A DNA stretch of 64,000 nt, from positions 5,852 to 69,851 of the forward strand of contig CAZLUG010000002.1 in the NCBI GenBank assembly GCA_964562675.1, in the 5' to 3' direction. Source of the stretch: an uncultured Candidatus Saccharibacteria bacterium. Lineage in GTDB: Bacteria; Patescibacteriota; Minisyncoccia; Minisyncoccales; CG1-02-41-26. Made by a program: the position numbers and the translations under genes. How positions within the stretch are numbered: the first letter of the stretch is position 1; each line of letters opens with the position of its first letter. Below the pieces are notes generated by a model. That model saw only the letters and a list, made by a program, of their open reading frames with translations. It searched no databases and had not been told where the DNA came from. Below, one piece after another: positions 1-10,306 of this stretch.

Positions 1-72
1 ACTTCTAATGATTTGCGTCAATAAATTTTGCTGTTTTTCCGTAAGTTGTAACACCTGATTGGCACCCTGCAT
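1..72 (-). CDS. partial CDS (5' end only; continues beyond window start), unknown product
   Basis: Reverse-complement of 1..72 begins ATG and reads MQGANQVLQLTEKQQNLLTQIIRS. A GGAAGGGGG Shine-Dalgarno-like motif lies 7 nt upstream on the minus strand. Confidence 0.3.
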   Translation of the reverse strand, partial: MQGANQVLQLTEKQQNLLTQIIRS

Positions 73-161
73 CTTTTAACCCCCTTCCATGTTGTGATTG
101 AACTATTTCTATAATAACACAAACAAAAAAGGAAGCGCAACTTATTAAGCTACGCTTCAAT

Positions 162-422
162 TTATTCTCGGTCTCCCTTTTGGATAATTCGCCATCTTAT
201 GATGTTATTTGGCAACTCGGTGATGATATATTCGAATGTCTCATCTTTGCTAATATTAATTTTTCGGTAAAATCCTTTTACCACAACTTCTAGACGAATT
301 GTTTTTTCGTAGTTAATTTTTTGTTCACCTTGGTGCCTTATTTTTTTCCAGTTAGCTGGAATATCTATGATGACGAGTCTTTTCAAGATTTCTTTCGGCT
401 CTGTTTTTGCTCTAGTAGTCAA
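162..422 (-). CDS. small hypothetical protein (~86 aa)
   Basis: ORF track 162..431 (GTG start). An internal TTG at 422 is preceded by AAGGAGGTGAG at ~6 nt spacing, so the shorter start is preferred. I recognised no family. Confidence 0.45.
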   Translation of the reverse strand: MTTRAKTEPKEILKRLVIIDIPANWKKIRHQGEQKINYEKTIRLEVVVKGFYRKINISKDETFEYIITELPNNIIRWRIIQKGDRE

Positions 423-733
423 TTTACTCACCTCCTTGAATAGACCAATATTTATTAAAGAACAGTTTTAAACTATAGAATATTTTATCAAAGATAGTTT
501 GTCTTGTCAAAAAATTGCTTCTTCATAAATAATTTATCAAAAGCAGTGGATAAAATTCAATTTCTCGGTTTCTTTTGTTGCTTTAGCCATTGCGGCTGCT
601 GCTTACTTCGGGCTCAAAGCAATAGATTGCCTGTTTTTTTACTTTGCGAGATATGGTTTTTACCCTCAACAGATAAAAGCAAAATAAAAAACTGGTGCGC
701 AATATTTCCGCATTTCTAAAAAGTGAAGTGTAG

Positions 734-804
734 TCGGAGTGCCGGGAGTTGAACCCGGATTACACGCACCCCATGCGTGTATAATGCCGTTATACCACAC
801 TCCG
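734..804 (-). tRNA. tRNA-Pro (anticodon GGG)
   Basis: On the minus strand the 7-bp acceptor stem is CGGAGTG/CACTCCG. The T-arm is CCGGG-TTCAACT-CCCGG. The anticodon arm is CACGC-ATGGGGT-GCGTG, giving anticodon GGG with U33 and G37. The variable loop is 4 nt and the D-region is short and slightly irregular. The 3' CCA is not encoded. Confidence 0.7.
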
Positions 805-834
805 AATCCTCCCCCCTAAAGAGAAAAAATAATA

Positions 835-1092
835 CTACTTTTTGACGCTTGCGGGTTTCTTTTCTTTTTTGCCTTGGAATTTAGAAAGAGTTCTGATACA
901 TCGGGTACAAGCCAGCACTCTTTGCCCAGCAAACTTTCGGAAAGGTTCTTTTTTAATATCAGCGGGAATTCTTACCCATTGAAGATTTGGTTTTCTCCTT
1001 AGTTTGGGAGTGGGATTATATTTACCTCTTAATTTATTGAGCTTCCGCCCAACTTGAGGTTTTTTTCCGCAGATTTGGCAAATTCTACTCAT
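835..1092 (-). CDS. rpmB: 50S ribosomal protein L28
   Basis: The N-terminus MSRICQICGKKPQVGRKL and the 85-aa basic protein match the bL28 pattern (MSRVCQVTGKRP...). Confidence 0.85.
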   Translation of the reverse strand: MSRICQICGKKPQVGRKLNKLRGKYNPTPKLRRKPNLQWVRIPADIKKEPFRKFAGQRVLACTRCIRTLSKFQGKKEKKPASVKK

Positions 1093-1112
1093 ATGCGCTA
1101 TAATACAACAGA

Positions 1113-1760
1113 TTGTTTATTTTTTCAATTATGGGAGTTTTAATTTTTGTTTTTCTTATCTTTGTTTTTCTGTATTCCGTGATTATCCATGAGATTTCGC
1201 ATGGGGCAATGGCTAATTATTTAGGCGATCCAACCGCAAAAATGGCTGGACGCTTAAGTCTGAATCCCTTAAAACACTTAGATCCTATCGGCTCAATTAT
1301 TCTTCCTGTTTTGCTGATTATGGTGCATAGTAATATTATAGTAGGTTGGGCTAAACCAGTTCCGGTTAATCCTTTAAATTTAAGAGATAAACGGTACGGA
1401 GAAGCTAAAGTAGCCTTAGCTGGTCCCGCGGCTAATTTTTTAATGGCTGTCGTTTTTGGTTTATTGGCTCGGTTTGCGCTTCAGCAATTTCAACTAGTTT
1501 TTTTAGCCAGGCTAGCGTTCATTTTTGGATATATTTGTTGGATTAATCTCGTCTTGGCAGTTTTTAATTTAATTCCTATTCCTCCTTTGGATGGAGCTCA
1601 TATTCTTTTTGCTGTTTTGCCAAAAAGCGCGGTCCGGTTTAAACTGTTTCTGGTGCGATACGGATTTTTGATTCTCATTTTCTTAATCTTTTTTTTCTTT
1701 AATTATTTTAGTCCAATTGTAAACTTTCTTTTTAAGCTTATCATCGGCCAGAATTTTTAA
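1113..1760 (+). CDS. M50-family (site-2 protease-like) membrane zinc metalloprotease
   Basis: The HEISHGAMA (HExxH) motif sits in the first TM helix, followed by multiple hydrophobic segments and a conserved LDGG-like region (PPLDGAHIL). Confidence 0.7.
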   Translation: MFIFSIMGVLIFVFLIFVFLYSVIIHEISHGAMANYLGDPTAKMAGRLSLNPLKHLDPIGSIILPVLLIMVHSNIIVGWAKPVPVNPLNLRDKRYGEAKVALAGPAANFLMAVVFGLLARFALQQFQLVFLARLAFIFGYICWINLVLAVFNLIPIPPLDGAHILFAVLPKSAVRFKLFLVRYGFLILIFLIFFFFNYFSPIVNFLFKLIIGQNF

Positions 1761-1780
1761 TTCAATTTTTGTTCAAGAGT

Positions 1781-1809
1781 TTGACATTCTGCAATTTTTT
1801 TGTTAAATT
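1781..1809 (+). promoter_or_regulatory. candidate sigma70-type promoter upstream of rpsL (-35 TTGACA, 17-nt spacer, -10 TAAATT)
   Basis: TTGACA at 1781-1786 and TAAATT at 1804-1809. The rpsL ATG at 1818 lies ~9 nt downstream, which would make the mRNA near-leaderless. Confidence 0.35.
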
Positions 1810-1817
1810 TTTATCGT

Positions 1818-2234
1818 ATGCCAACTATTAATCAACTTATTAGAAAAGGGAGGAAAAGCGTTAAACGGAAAACTCAAGTTATGGCCTTAACGTTTAGCAT
1901 GAATAGCCTAAAGAATAGAAGAATTTATTATCCTTCTTCTTTCAAAAGGGGAATATGCTTAAAAGTTTGGGCGGTGGCGCCAAAGAAACCGAATTCTGCT
2001 TTAAGAAAAGTAGCAAGAGTTAAACTCTCTAATGGAGCAGAAGTTACGGCTTATATTCCCGGGGAGGGACATAATTTGCAAGAGCATTCTATTGTTTTAA
2101 TCCGCGGGGGCAGAGTAAAAGATTTGCCGGGCGTAAGATATCATATTGTGAGAGGAGTTTTAGACGCCTCGGGAGTAGAAAAAAGAAAACAAGGCCGTTC
2201 AAAATACGGGACAAAAAAGGCGAAGAAAGCCTAA
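1818..2234 (+). CDS. rpsL: 30S ribosomal protein S12 (with ~14-aa insertion in N-terminal extension)
   Basis: [26 protein letters not shown] and [29 protein letters not shown] are canonical uS12. The ORF-track start at 1800 is a TTG; the conserved N-terminus begins at ATG 1818. Confidence 0.95.
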   Translation: MPTINQLIRKGRKSVKRKTQVMALTFSMNSLKNRRIYYPSSFKRGICLKVWAVAPKKPNSALRKVARVKLSNGAEVTAYIPGEGHNLQEHSIVLIRGGRVKDLPGVRYHIVRGVLDASGVEKRKQGRSKYGTKKAKKA

Positions 2235-2263
2235 ATTATATTTAGAAAGTCATTAATCTATTA

Positions 2264-2728
2264 ATGTCAAAAAAATTTCGAAAAAAAGAAACAAGTCCGG
2301 ATTCTCGCTACCAAAGCATAGAAGTAGGTCAGTTTATTAATCATATTATGAAGAACGGCAAGAAATCTTTGGCAAGGAGAATTTTGTATAGAGCTTTTGA
2401 TATTATCAAGAAAAAGTCTAAAAGTGATCCCTTGGATATTTTTAAAAGAGCTCTTGAGAATGTCGGACCAGTAGTTGAAGTAAAAGCAAAAAGAGTAGGT
2501 GGAGCTACTTACCAAGTGCCTAGGGAAGTTCCAGTGAATAGGAGATTTACTTTAGCAATGAGATGGATACTTGAAGCAGCTCGGAAGAAAAAGGGGAAGC
2601 CCATGGAAATGAAATTGGCTGACGAGTTAATAGCGGCTGCCAAAGAAGAAGGAGAAGCTATAAGGAAAAGAGTCAACGTTCATCGAATGGCTGAGGCCAA
2701 TCGAGCTTTCGCGCATTTTGCAAGATAA
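2264..2728 (+). CDS. rpsG: 30S ribosomal protein S7
   Basis: uS7 pattern: RYQSIEVGQFINHIMKNGKKSLA...KRVGGATYQVP...AHFAR at the C-terminus. Confidence 0.95.
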   Translation: MSKKFRKKETSPDSRYQSIEVGQFINHIMKNGKKSLARRILYRAFDIIKKKSKSDPLDIFKRALENVGPVVEVKAKRVGGATYQVPREVPVNRRFTLAMRWILEAARKKKGKPMEMKLADELIAAAKEEGEAIRKRVNVHRMAEANRAFAHFAR

Positions 2729-2851
2729 TTAATATCTTCCGAATTCTCTTTATAGTTGAATGATGCCTGTCTTTTTTTTCTTTACTAATAATAGATTTCC
2801 AAAATTAAAAGGGAAGCCAAAAGATTTTTCTTAATCAAATTTTATATTTTT

Positions 2852-4957
2852 ATGCCAAGACAATATCCTTTAGAAAGAATTCGTGATATAGGAATAATTG
2901 CTCATATTGACGCCGGTAAAACAACAGTAACGGAGCGAGTTTTATTTTATACCGGTATTAGCCATAAAATAGGAGAGGTGCATAACGGCCAGGCTATTAT
3001 GGATTGGATGGCCGAGGAGAAAGAAAGAGGTATTACTATTACTTCTGCTTCAACTACTTGCCACTGGATTCCTTTGGCATCAAATCGCAGGAAGGAGGAT
3101 GAATACCAGATAAATATTATTGATACACCGGGACACATTGATTTTACGGTTGAAGTCCAAAGGAGCTTACGTGTTTTAGACGGGGCGATAGTTGTCTTTG
3201 ATGGAGTAGCAGGAGTAGAGCCCCAGTCAGAAACAGTCTGGCGCCAAGCTGATAAGTTTCAGGTACCAAGAATTTGTTTTATTAACAAGATGGATAGAAT
3301 GGGAGCGAATTTTGACAAAAGTTTTCAGTCTATTATAGAAAAATTATCTCCTCAGGCAGTGGCTATTCAAATCCCTATTGGCCAAGAAGAAAAATTCGAA
3401 GGTGTTATTGACCTTATCCAAATGAAAGCTTTGTATTTTGAGGGGGCTTTCGGCCAAGAAGTAAAAGAGAAAGATATTCCGGATAACTTAAAGGAAACGG
3501 CTATGGCTGCGCGAGAAAAAATGCTGGAAAAAATAGCCGGGGAAGATGATGTATTATTAGAAAAATTTGTTCGGAAAGAAAGCATTTCCGTAGAAGAAAT
3601 AAAAAAATCTCTCCGCAAAACTACTCTAAGTTATAAAATTATCCCCGTCCTTTGCGGTTCAGCCTTAAAAGACAAGGGTATTCAACCTTTGTTGGATGCT
3701 GTTTGTGCTTATCTGCCCAGTCCTCAGGATCTTCCATCCACTCAAGGCACGAATCCATTAACGGGTGAAAAAACCGAGAGGGAACAATCAGATTCTGCAC
3801 CCTTTACGGCCTTGGTTTTTAAAATTGCGACCGACCCTTACGTTGGAACCTTAAACTACTTTCGGGTTTATTCCGGCTCTTTAAAGAAAGGGTCATATCT
3901 TTTGAATACAACAACTGGAGTTAAAGAAAGAATCGGCCGGCTTCTCAGAATGCATGCCAATCAAAGGATGGAATTAGATGAAGTCTTTACCGGAGATATC
4001 GCTGCGACGGTTGGATTGAAAAGAACTAGCACTGGGCACACCCTTTGTGATCCAGACCATCCTATTATTTTAGAAAAAATTACTTTTCCCGAACCGGTGA
4101 TTTCAATTAAGATTGAACCAAAAACTAGAGCTGACCAAGAAAAACTTACTTTGGCGTTAAAAAAACTTGCTGATGAAGACCCAACCTTTAGAGTTAAAGA
4201 AAATATCGAAACAGGAGAAACTATTATTTCTGGCATGGGAGAACTTCATTTAGATGTTCTTATTGATCGGATGAAAAGAGAATTTCAAGTAGAGGCTGAT
4301 ATTGGGAAACCTCAAGTGGCTTACAAAGAAACTATTTGTGCCAATTCGGAGGCAGAAGGAAAATATATTCACCAATCAGGAGGCAGAGGACAATATGGGC
4401 ATGTTTGGTTGCGAGTTCAACCGCGTTCGCGAGGCGAGGGTTTTGAATTTAAAAATGAGATTAAAGGAGGAGTTATTCCTCAAGAGTTTATTCCCGCGGT
4501 TAAAAAGGGCGTTGAAGAAATGATGAGTAAGGGTGTCCTGGCAGGTTATCCGATGGTTGATATGGAAGTGGCGCTTTATGATGGTTCTTTTCACGAAGTT
4601 GATTCTTCGGAGATTGCTTTTAAAATTGCTGCTGCCGAAGCATTGAAGTCTGCTTCCCAAAAAGCAAAACCTATTCTTTTAGAGCCTGTCATGAAAATTG
4701 AAGTGGTTGTTCCCTCGGAATTTTTTGGCGATGTTATTGGAGACCTTAATCGAAGAAGAGGCCTGATTGAAGAAACAAAGGATAGGATTAATTTAAAAGT
4801 TATTGACGTTAAGGTGCCATTAGCGGAGATGTTTGGTTATGCGACTGGTTTACGCTCTCTGACTCAGGGAAGAGGCACTTTCACCATGGAATTTGACCAT
4901 TATGAGAAAGTTCCAGAGAATATCACAAAGGAGATTATAGAAGGGAAAAGGAGTTGA
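2852..4957 (+). CDS. fusA: elongation factor G
   Basis: 701 aa with G-domain [17 protein letters not shown] and NKMD, and the EF-G domain IV/V C-terminus. Gene order is rpsL-rpsG-fusA-tuf. Confidence 0.97.
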   Translation: MPRQYPLERIRDIGIIAHIDAGKTTVTERVLFYTGISHKIGEVHNGQAIMDWMAEEKERGITITSASTTCHWIPLASNRRKEDEYQINIIDTPGHIDFTVEVQRSLRVLDGAIVVFDGVAGVEPQSETVWRQADKFQVPRICFINKMDRMGANFDKSFQSIIEKLSPQAVAIQIPIGQEEKFEGVIDLIQMKALYFEGAFGQEVKEKDIPDNLKETAMAAREKMLEKIAGEDDVLLEKFVRKESISVEEIKKSLRKTTLSYKIIPVLCGSALKDKGIQPLLDAVCAYLPSPQDLPSTQGTNPLTGEKTEREQSDSAPFTALVFKIATDPYVGTLNYFRVYSGSLKKGSYLLNTTTGVKERIGRLLRMHANQRMELDEVFTGDIAATVGLKRTSTGHTLCDPDHPIILEKITFPEPVISIKIEPKTRADQEKLTLALKKLADEDPTFRVKENIETGETIISGMGELHLDVLIDRMKREFQVEADIGKPQVAYKETICANSEAEGKYIHQSGGRGQYGHVWLRVQPRSRGEGFEFKNEIKGGVIPQEFIPAVKKGVEEMMSKGVLAGYPMVDMEVALYDGSFHEVDSSEIAFKIAAAEALKSASQKAKPILLEPVMKIEVVVPSEFFGDVIGDLNRRRGLIEETKDRINLKVIDVKVPLAEMFGYATGLRSLTQGRGTFTMEFDHYEKVPENITKEIIEGKRS

Positions 4958-4961
4958 TCTT

Positions 4962-5276
4962 GTGTTATTCAGTTTTTTGAGTTATATTCAAACAAATCAA
5001 AGACAATTTATGAATTTAGACGAAATTAAAAATATCCTTACTTCTAGCAGCGATAAATTTGTTTTTATTGAAAACGGCCAGCCGCTTTTTGTGATGATGA
5101 CCTACGCAGAATATAGAAAGAATTTTGGTGCTCAAAAATTGTCGAAAAACGAAAGTGATATTATTGGGAAACAAGAGGAGAAAGTTTTTACGCCCGAACT
5201 TTTATCTTCCCGCGCAAATCAGACCACTAATGATTTACCCAAAGACCACTTGACTTTAGAAGATTTGCCGTTTTGA
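4962..5276 (+). CDS. small hypothetical protein; weak Phd/YefM-antitoxin-like N-terminal pattern
   Basis: GTG start with AAAGGAG 8 nt upstream. The segment NLDEIKNIL...FIENGQPLFVMMTYAEYRKN resembles the YefM/Phd core (xNGxPxAVLxSxEEY). No toxin partner is adjacent. Confidence 0.4.
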   Translation: MLFSFLSYIQTNQRQFMNLDEIKNILTSSSDKFVFIENGQPLFVMMTYAEYRKNFGAQKLSKNESDIIGKQEEKVFTPELLSSRANQTTNDLPKDHLTLEDLPF

Positions 5277-5350
5277 GCACAAAAATTAAATAAATTGGAT
5301 AATTAATAGATAACCATTTCAGCCAGGTCGTTATTTTTTAACCAAAAGGG

Positions 5351-5379
5351 TTGACTTTAAAGTTTCTTTTTTATAAGAT
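5351..5379 (+). promoter_or_regulatory. candidate promoter upstream of tuf (-35 TTGACT, 17-nt spacer, -10 TAAGAT)
   Basis: TTGACT at 5351-5356 and TAAGAT at 5374-5379, in the 218-bp spacer before tuf. Confidence 0.3.
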
Positions 5380-5494
5380 AGAAGAGATTTGATAAAAAAT
5401 TAGGGTCAATATTAAATATAATGGAACCTATCTTGAAACCTAACAACTAGAAGTTATTTTGTTTTAAGATTTATGTTTCAAATTGTAATTTTTT

Positions 5495-6691
5495 ATGGCA
5501 AAAGAAAAATTTGAGAGGACAAAACCTCATTTAAATATAGGGACGATTGGCCACGTTGATCACGGAAAGACTACTTTAACCGCCGCCATTTTAAAGATTT
5601 CTCGAATGGAGGGTTTTAAGGCGTCTGAAAAGGGAGTTACGGAAATTGATTCAGCTCCTGAAGAAAAAGCTCGTGGCTTAACAATTAATATTTCTCATAC
5701 AGAATTTGAAACAAAGAAACGCCATTATGCTTTAATTGATTGTCCGGGTCATGCTGATTACATCAAGAATATGATTACCGGCGTAGCTCAAATGGATGGA
5801 GCTATTTTAGTTGTTTCAGCCGTGGATGGACCAATGCCCCAGACAAGAGAACATGTTTTATTGGCTCGCCAAGTCGGTTTACCGTCAATTGTAGTTTTCC
5901 TTAACAAAACTGATCAGGTTAATGATCCAGAAATGATAGAATTAGTGGAATCTGAAGTAAGAGAATTATTGGACAAATATCAATTTCCAGGAAAAGACAC
6001 GCCGATTATTAAAGGTTCTGCTTTGAAAGCCCTTGAAGCTAAATCTTTAGACGATGAAGTTGCTAAACCAATACTTGAATTATTTAAAACAATAGATGAT
6101 TATTTTCCTGAACCAAAGAGGAATCTTGACAAACCGTTTTTAATGGCTATCGAAGATGTCTTTTCTAAATCAGGAAGAGGCACCGTCGCAACCGGAAGAA
6201 TTGAGAGAGGAATAGTTAAGGCGGGTGATAAAGTGGAATTAGTCGGCTTGCGTCCAACTCAAGAAACCGTAGCAATTAGCATTGAAACATTTAACAAATC
6301 TTTAGATGAAGGAAGAGCAGGTGATAATGTGGGGGTTTTGTTAAGAGGCTTAAAAAAGGATGAAGTAGAACGTGGACAAGTTTTAGCCAAGCCTGGAACT
6401 GTGACTCCCCATTCTGAATTTGAAACAGAAGTTTATATTTTAAAGAAAGAAGAAGGCGGACGCCATACACCATTCTTTTCAGGTTACAAACCTCAGTTTT
6501 ATATTAGAACGTGTGATGTAACCGGAGAAGCTACTTTACCCGAAGGCACAGAAATGGTAATGCCAGGTGATACTGTTAAGTTAAAGGTTAAATTAGCGGC
6601 TCCTGTGGCTTTGGAAGAACAACAAAGATTTGCCATTCGAGAAGGTGGTCGGACAGTAGGAGCAGGCGTTATCACAAAGATAATCAAGTAA
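5495..6691 (+). CDS. tuf: elongation factor Tu
   Basis: [21 protein letters not shown] and NKTD are present in a 398-aa protein. Confidence 0.97.
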   Translation: MAKEKFERTKPHLNIGTIGHVDHGKTTLTAAILKISRMEGFKASEKGVTEIDSAPEEKARGLTINISHTEFETKKRHYALIDCPGHADYIKNMITGVAQMDGAILVVSAVDGPMPQTREHVLLARQVGLPSIVVFLNKTDQVNDPEMIELVESEVRELLDKYQFPGKDTPIIKGSALKALEAKSLDDEVAKPILELFKTIDDYFPEPKRNLDKPFLMAIEDVFSKSGRGTVATGRIERGIVKAGDKVELVGLRPTQETVAISIETFNKSLDEGRAGDNVGVLLRGLKKDEVERGQVLAKPGTVTPHSEFETEVYILKKEEGGRHTPFFSGYKPQFYIRTCDVTGEATLPEGTEMVMPGDTVKLKVKLAAPVALEEQQRFAIREGGRTVGAGVITKIIK

Positions 6692-6739
6692 TAAAAGAAA
6701 AAAAAGTTTTAATTTAAGTGTTTCAATTATTATATTGGC

Positions 6740-7072
6740 ATGCATTCCGAGAAAAAAGATGAAATAAAATCTCGTTTGAGGGTAAAACTTAAATCTTACG
6801 ATTATAAAGTGATAGACATGAGCGCTCATCAGATTGTAGATGTTGCTTTGAGGTCAGGTGTCCAGATTCTAGGGCCAGTGCCCTTACCCACAGAAATTCG
6901 GAAATATACAGTAAACCGAGCAAGTTTTGTTCACAAAGACTCGCGCGAGCAGTTTGAGATGAGAGTCCACAAGAGATTGATTGAGGCTCTCAATCCGAAC
7001 CAGAAATTTATTGATGCTTTGAGGGATATTAACCTTCCGAATGGAGTAGAAATTGAAGTAAAAGCCACCTAA
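6740..7072 (+). CDS. rpsJ: 30S ribosomal protein S10
   Basis: uS10 pattern: LRVKLKSYDYKVIDMSAHQIVD...GPVPLPT...FEMRVHKRLI. Confidence 0.9.
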   Translation: MHSEKKDEIKSRLRVKLKSYDYKVIDMSAHQIVDVALRSGVQILGPVPLPTEIRKYTVNRASFVHKDSREQFEMRVHKRLIEALNPNQKFIDALRDINLPNGVEIEVKAT

Positions 7073-7278
7073 AAAAGAGATGTTCATTTAGTGAAAAATG
7101 CGAAGAGAGTGTTGAATGCAATAGATAATTATCAATCTATTTTTTATGCAGGAAATTTTTATTTTTTAGCATATTTTGCGAGAAAGCCTTGTTTTTAATT
7201 TGTACCGGGCTTAAACCCGGTATTTGATTAGGTAACAAGAGATATACAAACAGGCAGAAAGAGGCAAATTTAGGGTAT

Positions 7279-7872
7279 ATGAGATTTATTTTAGGCAAAA
7301 AAATAAAAATGGATCAGTTTTTCAACGAAGAGGGAATTTCGCCAGTTACTTTAATAGGGGCCGGGCCTTGTTTTATTACTCAATTAAAAAAGAAAGAAAA
7401 AGACGGTTATGAAGCAGTTCAAATCGGCTATGAAAAATTAAAGTCACAGAGAATACGGAAGACAATGAAAGGTAAAGAGTTTCGGTATCTTAGAGAATTT
7501 AAAGACGAAATTAAGAATTATAAAGTCGGACAGGAAATTAGTATCGCTATTTTCCAAAAAGGCGATAAAGTTAAAGTCTCTGGTTTTAGCAAAGGGAAAG
7601 GATTCCAAGGAGCAGTCAAGAGATGGGGTTTCACCGGAAGAAATGCAACCCATGGAGTGAAACATGAACATCGAACTTTAGGTTCAGTTGGAGGAGCTTA
7701 TCCTCAGCACGTTATGAAAGGGAAAAAAATGCCTGGAAGAATGGGAGGAGAACGAACCTCGGTTAAAAACTTAGAAATTGTTTGGATTAATAAAGCCGAA
7801 AATTTGTTAGCCTTAAAAGGAGCGGTGCCTGGCCGAAAGGGAACATTGCTTGAGATTCAAACGAGAGAGTAA
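7279..7872 (+). CDS. rplC: 50S ribosomal protein L3
   Basis: uL3 pattern: ILGKKIKMDQFFNEEGISPVTLI...KGKGFQGAVKRWGF...KMPGRMGGERTSVKNLEIV. Confidence 0.93.
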   Translation: MRFILGKKIKMDQFFNEEGISPVTLIGAGPCFITQLKKKEKDGYEAVQIGYEKLKSQRIRKTMKGKEFRYLREFKDEIKNYKVGQEISIAIFQKGDKVKVSGFSKGKGFQGAVKRWGFTGRNATHGVKHEHRTLGSVGGAYPQHVMKGKKMPGRMGGERTSVKNLEIVWINKAENLLALKGAVPGRKGTLLEIQTRE

Positions 7873-7889
7873 CCGTTTTTTATTAAATC

Positions 7890-8534
7890 TTGAAAATTAT
7901 GAAAGCTTCTGTTTATGATTCAAAAGGCAAAGAAGTTAAGCAAATAACCCTCCCCAAAGATATTTTCAATGTAGAAGTGAACCTTGATTTATTACATCAG
8001 GTAGTTGTTTCTCAGATGTCTAATCGGCGTAAAACGATTGCCCATACTAAAGACCGAGGAGAGGTGCGTGGAGGAGGAAGAAAACCTTGGCGTCAAAAGG
8101 GGACAGGGAGAGCTAGGCACGGGTCACGCCGGTCTCCTATTTGGATTGGTGGTGGAGTGACTTTTGGGCCGAGAAAGGAAAAAATATTTAAAAAGGGTAT
8201 ACCGAGAAAAATGAGGAGAAAGGCTCTATTTATGGCGCTTTCGGCGAAGGCGAAAGGAAATTTGTTAACACTTCTTGATAAATTAGAACTTGACAAAGCA
8301 AAAACAAAAGAGATGTTTAAAATTCTGGGGAATTTACCTTGTCGACAACGAAACGTTTTGTTGATTTTACCAAGCTGCGATAAAAAAATTATCTTGGCTT
8401 CGAAAAATATTCCTGGGATTTCCACAATTCAAGCTAAAGATATCAATGTTCTAGATTTATTGTCATTTAAATATTTGTTGATGCCGGAAAAATCAATTAA
8501 GATTATTAAAAATACTTTTGCAAAAACAAGTTAA
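7890..8534 (+). CDS. rplD: 50S ribosomal protein L4
   Basis: uL4 pattern: GGGRKPWRQKGTGRARHGSRRSPIWIGGGVTFGP. Confidence 0.93.
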   Translation: MKIMKASVYDSKGKEVKQITLPKDIFNVEVNLDLLHQVVVSQMSNRRKTIAHTKDRGEVRGGGRKPWRQKGTGRARHGSRRSPIWIGGGVTFGPRKEKIFKKGIPRKMRRKALFMALSAKAKGNLLTLLDKLELDKAKTKEMFKILGNLPCRQRNVLLILPSCDKKIILASKNIPGISTIQAKDINVLDLLSFKYLLMPEKSIKIIKNTFAKTS

Positions 8535-8595
8535 AATTTATTTTATTAAAGATAAAAATTTTCAGCCTTTATATTTAATGTTTTAATATCTTAGT

Positions 8596-9072
8596 ATGGC
8601 TTTATTAAATGTTTTTAAGAAAAAGCAACCTTCAGGAAAAAAAGAAAAGAGTCCGGAGAAAATTTCGAATACCCAAAAAACAAAGAAAAAAGCTGAAGCA
8701 AAAGTTTTGAAAAAAGAAAAAACGCAAGGGGCAAAGACCGCTAAAACTTCCGCTCGACCGGTTAATTTTACGGCAAAAGGGAAACCTTATCACGAATCTT
8801 TCCGAATTTTACAGTCTCCCCATGTAACCGAAAAAGCTACTGCCTTAGCTGACAAAAATCAATACATATTTAAAGTTTATCATTCTGCCAACAAAACCGA
8901 GATTAAAAAAGCAGTTGAAAGTATTTACAACGTTCAGGTAGTTTCTGTGCATACGGCTAGTTTACCCGGGAAAAAAAGGCGTCTTGGTAAGCAAACTGGT
9001 TGGAAAAAAGGATATAAAAAAGCGATAGTTTCTTTAAAGGCTGGTCAGGAGATAGAAATTTTGCCAAGATAA
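8596..9072 (+). CDS. rplW: 50S ribosomal protein L23 (with ~60-aa lysine-rich N-terminal extension)
   Basis: uL23 C-terminal core: PHVTEKATALADKNQYIFKV...KTEIKKAVESIYNVQVVSV. Confidence 0.9.
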   Translation: MALLNVFKKKQPSGKKEKSPEKISNTQKTKKKAEAKVLKKEKTQGAKTAKTSARPVNFTAKGKPYHESFRILQSPHVTEKATALADKNQYIFKVYHSANKTEIKKAVESIYNVQVVSVHTASLPGKKRRLGKQTGWKKGYKKAIVSLKAGQEIEILPR

Positions 9073-9119
9073 TATTATTTTTTCCTTGCTCGGCTTCGAA
9101 CGGAGAATAGTTAATAATT

Positions 9120-9920
9120 ATGAATTTAGGGAAGAGAAAAAAAATATTGGCCAAAAAAAGGCCGGAGAGAAGCTTGGTTAAACCACTGAAAAGCAAAGGC
9201 GGCCGGTTTTTTTCCGGAAGAATTTCGATTCGCCATCGAGGCGGGGGAGTGAAAAAACTTTATCGCCTGGTAGATTTTAAGAATCAAAGATTAGGCGAAA
9301 GAGCCAAAGTACAAGCTTTAGAGTATGACCCAAATAGAACAGCCTATATTGCTCTTTTGGAATATGAAGATGGTCAAAAAAAATATATTATCGCTCCCGA
9401 CAAACTGAAGAAAGGAGACGAAATTATAATATCTGAAAAAGCACCGCTGAGCCCGGGCAATCGGATGGCGCTAAAAAATATTCCTGTCGGAACGGTTGTT
9501 CATAATATTGAGATTAATCCCGGTCAAGGGGGGAAAATTGCTAAAGCAGCGGGTAATGCATGCGAAATTGTTGCTCAAGAAGGAAAATACACGATCTTAA
9601 AAATGCCGTCTCGGGAGCTCAGGAAAATACTTTCTAATTGTTTTGCTTCAATAGGAGTAGTTTCAAACGTTGAACACCGTTTTCAAAAAGTTGGAAAAGC
9701 AGGTTCTCGGCGCTTAAAAGGGTGGCGGCCAACGGTTCGCGGATCGGCAATGAATCCTTGTGATCACCCTCACGGAGGCGGAGAAGGCAGGACGTCAATT
9801 GGCTTGAAGTACCCAAAGACGCCATGGGGAAAACCAGCCCTAGGTGTGAGAACACGGCGGCGCAAATGGAATGATAAACTTATTCTTAAACGGAGGAAAA
9901 AAGGCAAAAGAAATTCGTAA
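9120..9920 (+). CDS. rplB: 50S ribosomal protein L2
   Basis: uL2 pattern: RNQRLGERAKVQALEYDPNRTAYIAL...GWRPTVRGSAMNPCDHPHGGGEG. Confidence 0.95.
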   Translation: MNLGKRKKILAKKRPERSLVKPLKSKGGRFFSGRISIRHRGGGVKKLYRLVDFKNQRLGERAKVQALEYDPNRTAYIALLEYEDGQKKYIIAPDKLKKGDEIIISEKAPLSPGNRMALKNIPVGTVVHNIEINPGQGGKIAKAAGNACEIVAQEGKYTILKMPSRELRKILSNCFASIGVVSNVEHRFQKVGKAGSRRLKGWRPTVRGSAMNPCDHPHGGGEGRTSIGLKYPKTPWGKPALGVRTRRRKWNDKLILKRRKKGKRNS

Positions 9921-9950
9921 TTTAAATAGTTAAAAATCCATCACAAAATT

Positions 9951-10250
9951 ATGAGCAGGAGTTTAAAAAAAGGACCATATGTCAATGAGAAATTATTAAA
10001 GAAATTGTCAAAGCTTAAGGCTGGAGACAAAACGGTTATTAAAACTTGGTCAAGATCTTCAACTATTACCCCAGAAATGACCGGTTTTACATTCGGGGTT
10101 TATAACGGGAAAGAACATTTGAAAGTTTATATCACCGAAGATATGATTGGGCACAAATTAGGAGAGTTTTCCCCGACGACTAAATTTCACCGACACGGCG
10201 GGAAAATGCAAAAAGAGCTTGAGTCAAAGAGTAAAACAACAAATCAATAG
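9951..10250 (+). CDS. rpsS: 30S ribosomal protein S19
   Basis: uS19 pattern: [11 protein letters not shown]...[40 protein letters not shown]. Confidence 0.95.
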   Translation: MSRSLKKGPYVNEKLLKKLSKLKAGDKTVIKTWSRSSTITPEMTGFTFGVYNGKEHLKVYITEDMIGHKLGEFSPTTKFHRHGGKMQKELESKSKTTNQ

Positions 10251-10306
10251 CCTACTTCAGGAGGGATAAATTTGCAATAAGTTGATTATTCATTACTATA
10301 TTATCC

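Noticed and set aside
504-719. 71-aa + strand ORF (MSKNCFFINNLSK...)
   Set aside because: Low-complexity Cys/Phe-rich translation in an intergenic region next to the tRNA, with no SD and no recognisable domain. Likely non-coding.
2267-4660. Antisense ORFs inside rpsG and fusA (e.g. 2267..2515-, 2947..3138-, 3367..3618-, 3961..4236-, 4376..4660-)
   Set aside because: They lie entirely within strongly supported conserved genes on the opposite strand, and their translations are low-complexity. Typical shadow ORFs.
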